Shown here in pieces: positions 27,968-37,441 of a DNA stretch of 54,902 bases; the stretch's first letter is position 1; each line of letters starts with the position of its first letter. Source of the stretch: Verrucomicrobia bacterium UBA1412 (GTDB lineage Bacteria; Verrucomicrobiota; Verrucomicrobiia; Limisphaerales; UBA1412); the NCBI GenBank assembly GCA_002305615.1, contig DBPU01000026.1, positions 40,660 through 95,561 of the forward strand, in the 5' to 3' direction. The position numbers were made by a program, and so were the translations under genes. The notes under the pieces are model-generated. The model was not told the origin of the DNA. It ran no database searches and was given only the letters and a program-made list of their open reading frames with translations.

Positions 27968-29308
27968 TTAAAAAATACTCCAGCGGGAGAAAAAGATTAA
28001 CGATACCAGTAGAAATATGGGAATCAAAAAAGGTATGGAATATTTAAAAATATACCCGAAGAAAGTGGGCATCTTTATCTTTTCCCGGTCCGCAATGGAT
28101 TTGACCATAAAATTCGGGCCGTTTCCAATATAAGTCATAGCCCCAAAGAAAACCGCCCCCAGAGAAATCGCCACCAGATGATGATCATGTTCCAACACAA
28201 ATTGCATTACATCCGCCTTGGATGAAATGTCCCCTCCAAAAAGCCCCATTGCTGTCGCCAGAAAAGTCAAATAGGTCGGAGCGTTGTCCAAAGCACCGGA
28301 GAGAAGCCCTGTAAACCAGAAAAACTTCGTCTGAGTGTCGATTCCGAAAGACTCCGCATGACCGCCCAAATAGCTGAGCGCAGGCAACATTGTCAGGAAT
28401 ATCCCGGCAAACAACCAGGAGACCTCCTGTATTGGATGAAAGTTGAAATTGTTGCTTTTGTGAACCATCTCTGGCGTTGTCAGATAAGAACCGACCGCTG
28501 CCAAAATCATAAGAATTTCCCTGAAGAAATAAGGGCTTTCAATAAAGACAGCGATCAAAATCATGAGGAGAAAGCCCAAATTGGGCAATCCACTTACTTT
28601 CCAGAAAGGATTGTCGGGTTCATCGGACAAATCATCCGTCAGGTGGAGATGAGCCCTCCGATAATTCCGGACATCGAAAAAATAAAAAGTAGAAATAGTG
28701 ATTACCATCCCGGCCAACCATCCCGGCCAACAATGTTCCAACGTCCACCAAAAAGGAACTCCTCGTAAAAAGCCGAGAAAGAGAGGCGGATCCCCAATAG
28801 GAGTCAAGGCTCCGGATATGTTACTAATAATGAATATAAAAAAAACAATGTGAAAGCTGGTAACCCTTCTCTTGTTCATCCGTATCCACGGACGTATGAG
28901 GAGCATGGAAGCCCCTGTAGTACCGATAACATTGGAAAGAATACCTCCCACTGCCAGAAAAGCGCAATTCATGAGCGGAGTTGACTGCCCTTTCGGTGAA
29001 ATATGAATTCCCCCGGAAACCACGAATAGAGAACCAATAAGCGCAATAAAGCTCGCGTATTCAGCAGCAACATGCAGCAGAGGGCCAGGTGCTTTAAAAA
29101 CAAAAAGATAGTATAAAAGAACAACTGCCCCCCAGCCGATCGAGACATAAGGATAATATTTCTCCCACCACTTGTTGTTGACCAGGGGCATAACGGCAAT
29201 CGAAAGAAGCAACAACACAAAAGGTAAAATCAGGAGAGGATGAATTTCTAACTCCGTTGTAGTTGTCGCAAGTATTGAAGAGCTCAACATGCGTACGAGT
29301 CTAACCAC
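27968..29308 (-). CDS. Polytopic ion transporter of the ArsB/NhaD (sodium:proton antiporter-like) superfamily
   Basis: 446 aa with more than 10 predicted TM helices and no soluble domains. The family assignment rests on overall resemblance only. Confidence 0.55.
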   Translation of the reverse strand: MVRLVRMLSSSILATTTTELEIHPLLILPFVLLLLSIAVMPLVNNKWWEKYYPYVSIGWGAVVLLYYLFVFKAPGPLLHVAAEYASFIALIGSLFVVSGGIHISPKGQSTPLMNCAFLAVGGILSNVIGTTGASMLLIRPWIRMNKRRVTSFHIVFFIFIISNISGALTPIGDPPLFLGFLRGVPFWWTLEHCWPGWLAGMVITISTFYFFDVRNYRRAHLHLTDDLSDEPDNPFWKVSGLPNLGFLLMILIAVFIESPYFFREILMILAAVGSYLTTPEMVHKSNNFNFHPIQEVSWLFAGIFLTMLPALSYLGGHAESFGIDTQTKFFWFTGLLSGALDNAPTYLTFLATAMGLFGGDISSKADVMQFVLEHDHHLVAISLGAVFFGAMTYIGNGPNFMVKSIADREKIKMPTFFGYIFKYSIPFLIPIFLLVSLIFFSRWSIF

Positions 29309-29423
29309 AAAAAATAGAGCATCTCAAGCAGATTCAAACCCCATAAGCTTTTAAAAAACAATGAAATTATGCTTTAGGAGCGAAGTAAAACCAATTAAAA
29401 GAATGCTCTGAAATTCTGATTGT

Positions 29424-30818
29424 TTAATCCAGAAACTCGTTGTCCATAAAGCGAATCCATTGCCGCTTCTTCACACAATAGAGTTTTTCCCGGGTGCGTA
29501 TGAAGAGCCTTTGATTAGAGATCGCGATGCCGGAGTTAAAAACCTGACCGTTCATTTTTATTACTGCGATTTCTTCATATTGTTCACGCTCGCCCGCACC
29601 GATAATGACTACAGTCCCTTCGTCACTCAGACAATATATTTTATCGTCCGCTCCTGTGGGTGAACTGCTGAAAGTCTCCTTCACGCTCAGCGTTCCTTCC
29701 CAAAGTTTTTTTCCACTCCCCGCCTCTCTGCAAACCATTGAGCAAGGATTCTCTCCTTCCAGAGTATAAAGTCTATTATTGTAGTAACGAGTTGATCCTG
29801 TGGATATTGTTCCTGATTCAACATGGACCCTCCAGGCTAAATCCTCCTCCCGAATTAAGCCCGAGGCCGAATCCATGTTAATGGCAATGAGTGAATTATC
29901 GCCAAGGAAAGAAACGAAAAGAAGCCCCACATCAGGTGCCGGCACCGGGGGTGGAAGGATATTCCCTTCCCCCTGGGGTGTTTCTCCTTTTGAGAGGTAG
30001 TGCCAAAGCTCTTCACCCTCGCCGAGGCTATATCCCGCAACGCCGTTGGCTCCGGAAACTATGAGTTGGCTTTTCCCCACCCCCTCTCCTTCATAAAGAA
30101 TAGCACAAAGGGGGCCCGCTTTAAGTTTGTCATTGGCTTGAGCTAGCCACTCCCGCGTCCAGAGAGTTTTCCCACTGGCAGCGTCCAAACACATAATAAC
30201 AGGTTTTTCCATTATCCCCTCTTTTTCAGCCCCGGATTCAGAAGCCAAACCTGAGAAGCCGACAGGGATATAAAGCTTTCCGGCAAAAAAAACAGGGTTT
30301 GCCGCATTGAGAAAACGATTTTCGCTATACCCATGATCCCGGACCAGGTTACGCTTCCAGAGTTCATTCCCGGCAAAATCATAGGCAGCAATGTCGCCGC
30401 TTCCAAATAATGCCCAAATGTTTTTAGCGTTGGTTATGGGAGAACATTGAGAATAAAACCCTCTTTCGAAAAAAGAGTTCCCTTCCCAGTTTCCAAGGCG
30501 GCCAATTTCTTTTTCCCAAAGGACGGTGCCGTTTTTCATAGCCAGGTTGAGTAAAAGCAACCTGCCATAAGAGCCTTGGCTGACGGCGAAGATATTCGTG
30601 TTGAAAACGATAGGAGTTGAACCGCTTTTCCCCGGCATCGTAATTCCCCAGACAATATTGGTCTGCTCCGACCATTCTACCGGCAAATTAGTCGTCGTCG
30701 TGGAGCCATTCATGGACGGGCCTCTCCACTGCATCCATCCTTGGGCCGAAAGCTCCATGACACCCCCCAGCCCCACACAGAAAAACATCAACAAGCACAG
30801 TAATCTCTTCATAACCAC
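29424..30818 (-). CDS. Secreted PQQ-like (BamB-like) beta-propeller repeat protein
   Basis: A signal peptide is followed by WMQWRGPSMNGS, the hallmark N-terminus of PQQ-like propeller proteins abundant in PVC bacteria, with repeated blade-like segments. Length is 464 aa. Confidence 0.7.
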   Translation of the reverse strand: MVMKRLLCLLMFFCVGLGGVMELSAQGWMQWRGPSMNGSTTTTNLPVEWSEQTNIVWGITMPGKSGSTPIVFNTNIFAVSQGSYGRLLLLNLAMKNGTVLWEKEIGRLGNWEGNSFFERGFYSQCSPITNAKNIWALFGSGDIAAYDFAGNELWKRNLVRDHGYSENRFLNAANPVFFAGKLYIPVGFSGLASESGAEKEGIMEKPVIMCLDAASGKTLWTREWLAQANDKLKAGPLCAILYEGEGVGKSQLIVSGANGVAGYSLGEGEELWHYLSKGETPQGEGNILPPPVPAPDVGLLFVSFLGDNSLIAINMDSASGLIREEDLAWRVHVESGTISTGSTRYYNNRLYTLEGENPCSMVCREAGSGKKLWEGTLSVKETFSSSPTGADDKIYCLSDEGTVVIIGAGEREQYEEIAVIKMNGQVFNSGIAISNQRLFIRTREKLYCVKKRQWIRFMDNEFLD

Positions 30819-30947
30819 TTACCCAAAGGCCCTTATTTGTAGCAGCAATTCCTCTTTCAAAAAAGATCAAACTCCCAGGAAGCTCTCCAAACCACCCACC
30901 GCTATTTTATCCTTCGGTCTCAGGGAGTCTTTACGTTTTCTGGCCCT

Positions 30948-32174
30948 TTGCTAAACTGGACCCGCATGAAAAAGATGCAAGGAAATTTCTTCCTCTTCGG
31001 GGTTGGACCTGAAAGGTTGCCATTTGTGAGCACTCGCGTAACGGAACTGCTCTCGCGGGCTAATAAAGTGATTCTGGACCAGGAAATCTCGGACCTGGCC
31101 CAGGACTATATCCAATTCCAGTGCCAAAAAAATAAAATTGAGTTGCTGACTTTTGCTCAAGCCCAAACAGTGAAGAATCTCTGCGGTTCAGAAGAGAATG
31201 TCCTTTGCCTTTCCAAAGTAAAAACCTGGGGAGATGTCCCCGCCTTGCCCGATTTTCTGCAGGGAGAATCCTTCATTACGGAGCCGCTGCCTTCGCTCGA
31301 ATCGGGGAAACCCGTTCTCCTGCTCCAGAAAGAAAGCGCTGTTGAGCTGGAAATTCATAAAGCGGCCGGCACCACTCAGCAAAAAAACAACCCTCTCTCG
31401 GGCAAACGAATTGTTGTTACAAGAGCCAAAACACAATCAGAGTCCTTCCTACGCGACCTTTCCCAACGCGGAGCACTCCCCATCGAAATTCCCTCTATCC
31501 GAATTGAGCCTCACCCGGACCATCATGGAATTGTCGAGGCGATGGCCGGTTTAAACGCCTATGATTGGATTGTTTTCAGCAGTGCCAACGGTGTAGAGAT
31601 GTTTTTCAATCTCTTCTTTCGCAAGTTTAAGGATATGAGAGATTTTGGCGGCGCAAGGATTGCCGCGGTGGGTCCGGCGACCGCCGAGCGCTTAAAGCAA
31701 CTGCACCTACAGGTGGATGTCATGCCCGAAAAACATACTGGCAAGACTCTTGCCAAGGCGATAGACCAATTTGATGCCCTGGAAAACCGCAGAATCCTGC
31801 TGGTGAGGCCGGAGAGCGGCAGCGCTGATCTACCCCGTTTACTCGAAGAGATGGGCGCCATCGTGGACGACATTCCCTTTTACTGCACCCAGGGGGAATC
31901 CCCTGAAGCTATGGAAAATGCCTTTTTCCGCGCCGAAGGTGCCGATTGGCTCACTTTTTGCAGCGCCTCTTCGGTAAAGCATTTTCATGATTTTTATCAC
32001 CTTCCCTCTCTCCTGAAGAAATTCGCTTCCCTGAAAGTTGCCAGTATCGGCCCGGAAACCACCAAGGCCCTCAAGGCGCTCCGTGTCGCCGTCACAGTTG
32101 AGGCGGATCCCTACACAATCCCGAGCCTGCTCGACGCCATGGAAAAATATGAAGCTGAGCAAGGAAGCCGTTGA
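30948..32174 (+). CDS. hemD: Uroporphyrinogen-III synthase with a ~155-aa N-terminal extension resembling a degenerate tetrapyrrole-methylase half-domain
   Basis: From LSGKRIVVTRAKTQSESFLRDLSQRGALPIEIPSIRIEP onward the protein is a two-lobe HemD pattern (..WIVFSSANGVEMFF.., ..WLTFCSASSVKHF..). The N-terminus FFLFGVGPERLPFVSTRVTELLSRANKVILDQ mimics the SUMT VYLVGAGPGDPELLT..ADVVLYD block but lacks key residues. Confidence 0.7.
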   Translation: MLNWTRMKKMQGNFFLFGVGPERLPFVSTRVTELLSRANKVILDQEISDLAQDYIQFQCQKNKIELLTFAQAQTVKNLCGSEENVLCLSKVKTWGDVPALPDFLQGESFITEPLPSLESGKPVLLLQKESAVELEIHKAAGTTQQKNNPLSGKRIVVTRAKTQSESFLRDLSQRGALPIEIPSIRIEPHPDHHGIVEAMAGLNAYDWIVFSSANGVEMFFNLFFRKFKDMRDFGGARIAAVGPATAERLKQLHLQVDVMPEKHTGKTLAKAIDQFDALENRRILLVRPESGSADLPRLLEEMGAIVDDIPFYCTQGESPEAMENAFFRAEGADWLTFCSASSVKHFHDFYHLPSLLKKFASLKVASIGPETTKALKALRVAVTVEADPYTIPSLLDAMEKYEAEQGSR

Positions 32175-32187
32175 AAGTGATTAGCTT

Positions 32188-33447
32188 CTAAGGATTCCAG
32201 AGCTTTTTAATCGTGGCCTCTTGCGAATAGCCAATCGGGCATTGGTCGCTCTTCCGGTTGGCACGGTATCGCCCTTCTGTCTCGTTGGGACAGGTAATAA
32301 TCCGGTTGCCCGGCATTTGCAAATGTCCAACGGGATCGGTCTTTTTGAGCCAGTCATAGGCATACTCAAGCCAGCTGTTTCTCTCCTCTTCCGGTAGAAG
32401 AGAAAACCAGGAAATCTCATCCCATCCCCAGGCATAGTGACTGTCCACATTGGCAACACCGGGAGACTTGCTTCTCCCAAAATTATCAAACTCGACTAGG
32501 TAAGGCAGATGCTCACAGCTCCAACTGGAGGGTGTTTCACACCCCAGACTCCTTTTATAGATAGAATCCAGATAATTCACCTCTAATTTTCCTCCCATCT
32601 TCTTTTCCGGAACATCCTTAATCCGGAGCGGGAATGAATTGAAATCAATCAAACTTTTACCCTTCAAAAGCATTCCCCCGTGAGGAACATGAGCATCGAG
32701 AATCACCCAGTGCCGCCGGGCTTTCTTCTTCCCGAGCTCTCGGATTTTTCCAATCAGGCCGGCCCATGCCTTTCGTTCGGGATCGTTCATTCCGATGAGC
32801 TCCACTTGTCCCAGGTGAAAAGCCTCGCAGCCCATATCCATATAAGCGCCGGCCATGTAATAAAACCACAGCTGACTTTCCTGCCGCGTGATATCGGGAA
32901 CGCTGCTATCCCGGGACCAATGGTCAACAAAAACGCCCTTCTCATTGAGCATCTTCTCATAGGAAAAATTCCGCTTCTCAGCGGGCAGACCATAACCTTC
33001 AAAAACCCAGTCAGGTACCGCCAACTTTTCAACCTGCCTCGTCACGATCTCAAAAAGACAGGCTTGGAAAACGATGTCTGAATCAAAAGCATGAAACTCC
33101 TGGATAATTTTCCGGGCATTAGCCCCGAATTCATCCGCGCTCAACTGATCCTCTCCTCCCCAGCGGTAAATAGCTCTGCCGATAAATTTGGCACCCAACT
33201 CCTTCAACATCCGTTTATCATCCTCATGGTAAGGATTCGTATGGCTGCCTTCGGGTAAATGAGGAGAAAGAAAACAGGCCATTGTAATGGAGCGCTCCAG
33301 GTAGTTATCCAGGACTTCGCGCGAGATACCCTTCTCATCAAAATGATACGATTTCGACGAAGACTCAGACCAACAACTGGAAATCCCAAAAACCTGAAAC
33401 ACAATCGTCCCCAAAATCAGAATAAAAAAGTGACACCTTACTTTCAT
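32188..33447 (-). CDS. Secreted hypothetical protein (possibly a TIM-barrel glycosidase-like fold)
   Basis: 419-aa ORF with the signal peptide MKVRCHFFILILGTIVFQVFG. I recognise no motif. The alternating pattern and Trp/acidic-rich blocks are compatible with a glycoside-hydrolase-like fold, but this is weak. Confidence 0.45.
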   Translation of the reverse strand: MKVRCHFFILILGTIVFQVFGISSCWSESSSKSYHFDEKGISREVLDNYLERSITMACFLSPHLPEGSHTNPYHEDDKRMLKELGAKFIGRAIYRWGGEDQLSADEFGANARKIIQEFHAFDSDIVFQACLFEIVTRQVEKLAVPDWVFEGYGLPAEKRNFSYEKMLNEKGVFVDHWSRDSSVPDITRQESQLWFYYMAGAYMDMGCEAFHLGQVELIGMNDPERKAWAGLIGKIRELGKKKARRHWVILDAHVPHGGMLLKGKSLIDFNSFPLRIKDVPEKKMGGKLEVNYLDSIYKRSLGCETPSSWSCEHLPYLVEFDNFGRSKSPGVANVDSHYAWGWDEISWFSLLPEEERNSWLEYAYDWLKKTDPVGHLQMPGNRIITCPNETEGRYRANRKSDQCPIGYSQEATIKKLWNP

Positions 33448-33566
33448 CGCTGAAAAGAAGATATCATTTTCACCCTTTTCTCCGCAACAGGTTTCCGCCA
33501 GCTTCCGCCGAGTAAAGAAATACTGAAATGCGTGAAATAACGACCCTTGCTCCCCTTATTTTAGGA

Positions 33567-33596
33567 TTGATTAGGTACGACGTCTTGTCTTATAAA
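33567..33596 (+). promoter_or_regulatory. Candidate sigma-70-like promoter for the 33727..38817 ABC operon
   Basis: TTGATT (33567-33572), a 17-nt spacer, then TTATAA (33590-33595). This would give a ~125-nt leader. It is a pattern match only, and promoter rules for this lineage are uncertain. Confidence 0.3.
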
Positions 33597-33726
33597 GGGG
33601 CAGCGAGGATGGGTGGTTGTTTGGAAACGCCCGCCAAGGCTATACGTATACTTTCAAAAAATGAGGACCGCTGCATGCTCCCTTTCAGTAAGAAGCATGG
33701 TGGGGGTTTTGATTTAAGGAACACAA

Positions 33727-34716
33727 ATGATTAAGATAGAAAATCTAGTCAAATTATTTGGCTCCAAGCGAGCTGTAGACGACATCTCTTTTACAGTTGG
33801 CAAGGGGGAGGTACTGGGCTTTCTGGGACCGAATGGTGCCGGTAAATCCACGACGATGCGAATGATCACGGGCTTCATCCCTCCTGATTCAGGAAGTATT
33901 CGCGTAGGCGAATTTGATATGCTGACTGACCCTATTCGGGCAAAACAAACATTAGGATATCTGCCCGAAAATGCCCCTCTCTATACAGACATGACTGTAT
34001 ATGGTTTCTTGAACTTTGCGGCCGAACTTCGCGGCTTGCGCGGAGCTGACCGCAAAAAGGCAGTCCATTCAGCCATTGAAACCTGCTTCCTGGAGTCCGT
34101 CATCCATCAGAATGTAGACACTCTTTCCAAAGGCTTCCGTCATCGTGCCTGCTTTGCTCAATCCATTCTTCACGATCCGGAATACCTGATTCTGGATGAA
34201 CCGACCGATGGTTTGGATCCCAACCAGAAGCATGAGGTTCGCTCTCTCATCCGCAATATGGGCAAGCGTAAGGCCATCATCTTTTCTACTCACATTTTAG
34301 AGGAAGTCCTGGAAGTCTGCACCCGCACTATCATTATTGACCGCGGCTCCATTGTCGCCAATGGGTCCCCGTCTCAACTTAAGGCGATGCACCCGGATTA
34401 TGGTTCCATTCTGATCACGGTTAGAAATGTGACGGAAGCGGAGCTGAGAGATAAACTTAAAACCCTTTCAGCCGCAGCACAAATTGAAAGTGTGAAAAAT
34501 AAAGACGAGGTGGTCACCTTGCGGGTCTACCCCAAAGATAAAAAGTCTTCCGGTCTGGCAACCCAAATGGCCGAGCTGGCAATTCAATCAGGGTGGAAGT
34601 TTGATGAACTCCACACGGATGACGGCCGCCTTGACGAAGTCTTCCGCGCCATCACCCTTCCGGATACAGTAAAGAAATCCAAGAAAGATGGACCTGTCAT
34701 TACCGTTAATGTTTAA
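33727..34716 (+). CDS. ABC transporter ATP-binding protein (GldA-like), second copy
   Basis: Walker A GPNGAGKST, signature LSKGFRHR, Walker B LILDEPTDGLD. AAGGA lies upstream of the ATG. It is a paralog of 26847..27872. Confidence 0.9.
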   Translation: MIKIENLVKLFGSKRAVDDISFTVGKGEVLGFLGPNGAGKSTTMRMITGFIPPDSGSIRVGEFDMLTDPIRAKQTLGYLPENAPLYTDMTVYGFLNFAAELRGLRGADRKKAVHSAIETCFLESVIHQNVDTLSKGFRHRACFAQSILHDPEYLILDEPTDGLDPNQKHEVRSLIRNMGKRKAIIFSTHILEEVLEVCTRTIIIDRGSIVANGSPSQLKAMHPDYGSILITVRNVTEAELRDKLKTLSAAAQIESVKNKDEVVTLRVYPKDKKSSGLATQMAELAIQSGWKFDELHTDDGRLDEVFRAITLPDTVKKSKKDGPVITVNV

Positions 34717-34744
34717 TTTCACCAACAAAGAGTAAACTGTCGAT

Positions 34745-35491
34745 ATGAATTTAGCTGTACGAAATATTTATACGATCGCAAAACGCGAGATGGGAGGCTA
34801 CTTCACTTCCCCTGTCGCTTATGTATTTATTGTTATCTTCCTGATTCTGGCGGGAGTCTTCACGTTTCCTTTGAGCGATTTCTTCGCTCGGAATGAAGCA
34901 TCACTGAACGCCTTCTTCTTTTGGCACTGCTGGCTCTACCTCTTCCTGGTTCCGGCTGTTGGGATGCGCCTCTGGAGCGAAGAACGCCGCCTGGGCACCA
35001 TAGAGCTGCTCCTCACTATGCCTGTCACCGGATGGCAGGCGATCGTTGGCAAATTCCTTGCATCCTGGTTATTCCTGGGGCTGGCTCTAGCATTGACTTT
35101 CCCCATGGTGATTACGGTCAATTATTTGGGCAACCCTGATAACGGTGTAATCTTCTGCGGTTATCTGGGCAGCTTCCTGATGGCGGGTGCCTATCTGGCC
35201 GTCAGCTGTTTAACCTCTGCAATCACTCGCAGCCAGGTCGTTAGCTTCATCCTTTCCGTCGTCCTTTGTTTGGCCCTGGTAATGGCCGGCTGGCCTCCTT
35301 TGAACGACATGCTCAGTCAATGGTTCAGCTCCGGCGTAATTAATGCCGTTGCCTCCATCAGCGTGATGACCCATTTCTCACAATTTCAGCGGGGTATCAT
35401 AGACTCCGGCGATATTGTTTTCTTCCTGGGATTGATCTTCTTCTGCCTTTTCACCACCGGCGTTGTAATACGAAGCTACCGTGCCGGATAA
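34745..35491 (+). CDS. ABC-2 type permease (GldF-like), second copy
   Basis: 248 aa with about 6 TM segments. The N-terminus IYTIAKREMGGYFTSPVAYVFIVIFL is typical of this permease family. Confidence 0.8.
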   Translation: MNLAVRNIYTIAKREMGGYFTSPVAYVFIVIFLILAGVFTFPLSDFFARNEASLNAFFFWHCWLYLFLVPAVGMRLWSEERRLGTIELLLTMPVTGWQAIVGKFLASWLFLGLALALTFPMVITVNYLGNPDNGVIFCGYLGSFLMAGAYLAVSCLTSAITRSQVVSFILSVVLCLALVMAGWPPLNDMLSQWFSSGVINAVASISVMTHFSQFQRGIIDSGDIVFFLGLIFFCLFTTGVVIRSYRAG

Positions 35492-35527
35492 CACTCATCT
35501 GAAACATTAAGGAATTAAGGATCAAAT

Positions 35528-37441
35528 ATGAAAAGTAACAAAAGTATATCATTCCTCTTTAGCTCAGTAGGCGTCCTGATCATGGTTGTGGTGGTGGCCG
35601 CCGTCTGCATGATCGCCAATGTCGTAAAAGTCCGCCTGGATTTCACCGAAGACAAACTCTTTACCTTGAGTCAGGGCACCAAAGACATTCTGCAAAGCCT
35701 GGACACTCCGGTGGAATTGCGTTTTTACTGCTCCCAGGGAGGCTCCGATGCAGCCCAGCTCTTTGTAAAAAATTATTCGCGCAATGTGGATGATCTTTTA
35801 AAGGAGTACAGCAAAGCCGCTAAAGGCAAACTGCGTGTCAAACGCTATAACCCCGAACCCGATTCGGACGCTGAAGATATGGCTCGGGCTGACGGCGTAG
35901 AAGGGCAAATGATCAATACCGGCGACACAATCTATATGGGTATTGCCGTCAGTTGCCTGGATAGTACCGTTGCGCTCCCCTTTCTCGCACCTGTACGCGA
36001 ACGCCTCCTGGAGTATGATATTACTCGCGCCATCGCACGTGTATCCAATCCGGAGAAGGTAAAAATTGGCATTTTGACCGATCTGCCCATGTTCGGAATG
36101 CCCATGAACCCGATGATGATGCAGCAACAACAGGCTTCTCAACCTTGGACCGTCGTCAGCGAGCTCAAACGGGATTTCGATGTCGTGGAACTTCATTCCG
36201 ATGTAGAAGAAATCGATGAGACTATCAATACGCTTCTGGTCGTACATCCCAAGAATCTCCCCGATCAGGCCCTTTATGCACTCGATCAATTTGTCCTGCG
36301 CGGGGGCCACCTGATCGCCTTTGTGGATCCCCTTTTCCGTTTGGACCCAGCCGCCATGTCGCAACAAAACCCCATGGCGCGCATGGATGTCGCCTCTAAT
36401 ATGGAGAAACTCTTCTCAGCTTGGGGCATGAGCTTTGACTCCACTCGCGTGGTCGCAGATAAAAACTATCCGACCATGCTTTCCGGTCAAGGAGGGCAAG
36501 CGGCTGAATTTTTCACAGTCCTGAGCCTGACGTCCTCCGCATTCGACGAGAAGAACATCTCCACAGCCCAGGTTGATAATATGCTTCTGGCTTTCCCGGG
36601 ATGCTTTAGCGGAACGCCTGCCTCCGGACTCACCAAAGAAGTGTTGATCAAATCTTCCAATAACTCACAATTGGTAGATAAACTGATGGCAGAAAGAAAC
36701 GCCCTGATCAGCCGCGATTTTCAGCCTTCCAATAAGGAATACGAAATGGCGATTATGCTTTTCGGGCAATTCAAAACTGCTTTCCCTGAAGGTGCCCCGA
36801 AAAAAGCATCGGACGAAAAAGATTCCGAGGAAGATTCGACAACGGCATCCACAGAAACCAAGCCCTCTCTGAAAGAATCGGTTCAAGATGGCTCTGTCGT
36901 TTTGGTCGGTGATGTGGATATGCTCCATGATAACTTCTCAGTCCGCGTTTCTTCCATCTTCGGGCAGAGATTTGTCCAGCCGCTCAACGGCAATTTGACC
37001 CTGGCCCAAAACCTGGTCGAACAAATGGCTGGGAGCAGCAGTCTGATCAATATGCGCAGCCGCGCGACATTGAACAGGCCTTTCACTGTGATTCAGGAAT
37101 ATCGTGCCAAAGCTGAAGCACAATATCAGTCCCAACTCTTGGAGCTGGAAAACAGGCTCAATGAAGCGCGCAACAAGATCAGCGAGCTTCAACAGGCCAA
37201 GGCCGAAGGTTCTCAAAAGTTCATCCTTTCGGACGAGCAACGGGCAGAGCTGGCCGAATATCGCAAGAGCGAGGCCGAAGCCGCCAAACGCCTCAAGGAA
37301 GTTCGGAAAAACCTGCGCAAAGACATCACCTCTTTGGAAAACAACCTGACTTGGATCAACACGGCCGGCATGGCTTTTGTGGTGGTTCTTGTGGGAATCG
37401 TAATCGCTATTATTAAACGTAAACGTACTGCAGCAAAATGA
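35528..37441 (+). CDS. GldG-like ABC-transporter auxiliary protein, second copy, with a C-terminal coiled-coil stalk
   Basis: 637 aa. It has an N-terminal TM, a large periplasmic domain, a long heptad-like segment (AEAQYQSQLLELENRLNEARNKISELQQAKAEG..RKSEAEAAKRLKEVRKNLRK) and a C-terminal TM (AGMAFVVVLVGIVIAII). Confidence 0.75.
   Translation: MKSNKSISFLFSSVGVLIMVVVVAAVCMIANVVKVRLDFTEDKLFTLSQGTKDILQSLDTPVELRFYCSQGGSDAAQLFVKNYSRNVDDLLKEYSKAAKGKLRVKRYNPEPDSDAEDMARADGVEGQMINTGDTIYMGIAVSCLDSTVALPFLAPVRERLLEYDITRAIARVSNPEKVKIGILTDLPMFGMPMNPMMMQQQQASQPWTVVSELKRDFDVVELHSDVEEIDETINTLLVVHPKNLPDQALYALDQFVLRGGHLIAFVDPLFRLDPAAMSQQNPMARMDVASNMEKLFSAWGMSFDSTRVVADKNYPTMLSGQGGQAAEFFTVLSLTSSAFDEKNISTAQVDNMLLAFPGCFSGTPASGLTKEVLIKSSNNSQLVDKLMAERNALISRDFQPSNKEYEMAIMLFGQFKTAFPEGAPKKASDEKDSEEDSTTASTETKPSLKESVQDGSVVLVGDVDMLHDNFSVRVSSIFGQRFVQPLNGNLTLAQNLVEQMAGSSSLINMRSRATLNRPFTVIQEYRAKAEAQYQSQLLELENRLNEARNKISELQQAKAEGSQKFILSDEQRAELAEYRKSEAEAAKRLKEVRKNLRKDITSLENNLTWINTAGMAFVVVLVGIVIAIIKRKRTAAK

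Noticed and set aside
33528-33734. 68-aa ORF in the long intergenic region that overlaps the ABC ATPase start
   Set aside because: It has no RBS, runs into the ATPase start codon and has no recognisable features. The region is better treated as a possible leader or regulatory region.
35798-36367. 189-aa ORF antisense to the second GldG-like gene
   Set aside because: It is fully embedded opposite a well-supported CDS, and its translation has no domain-like features.
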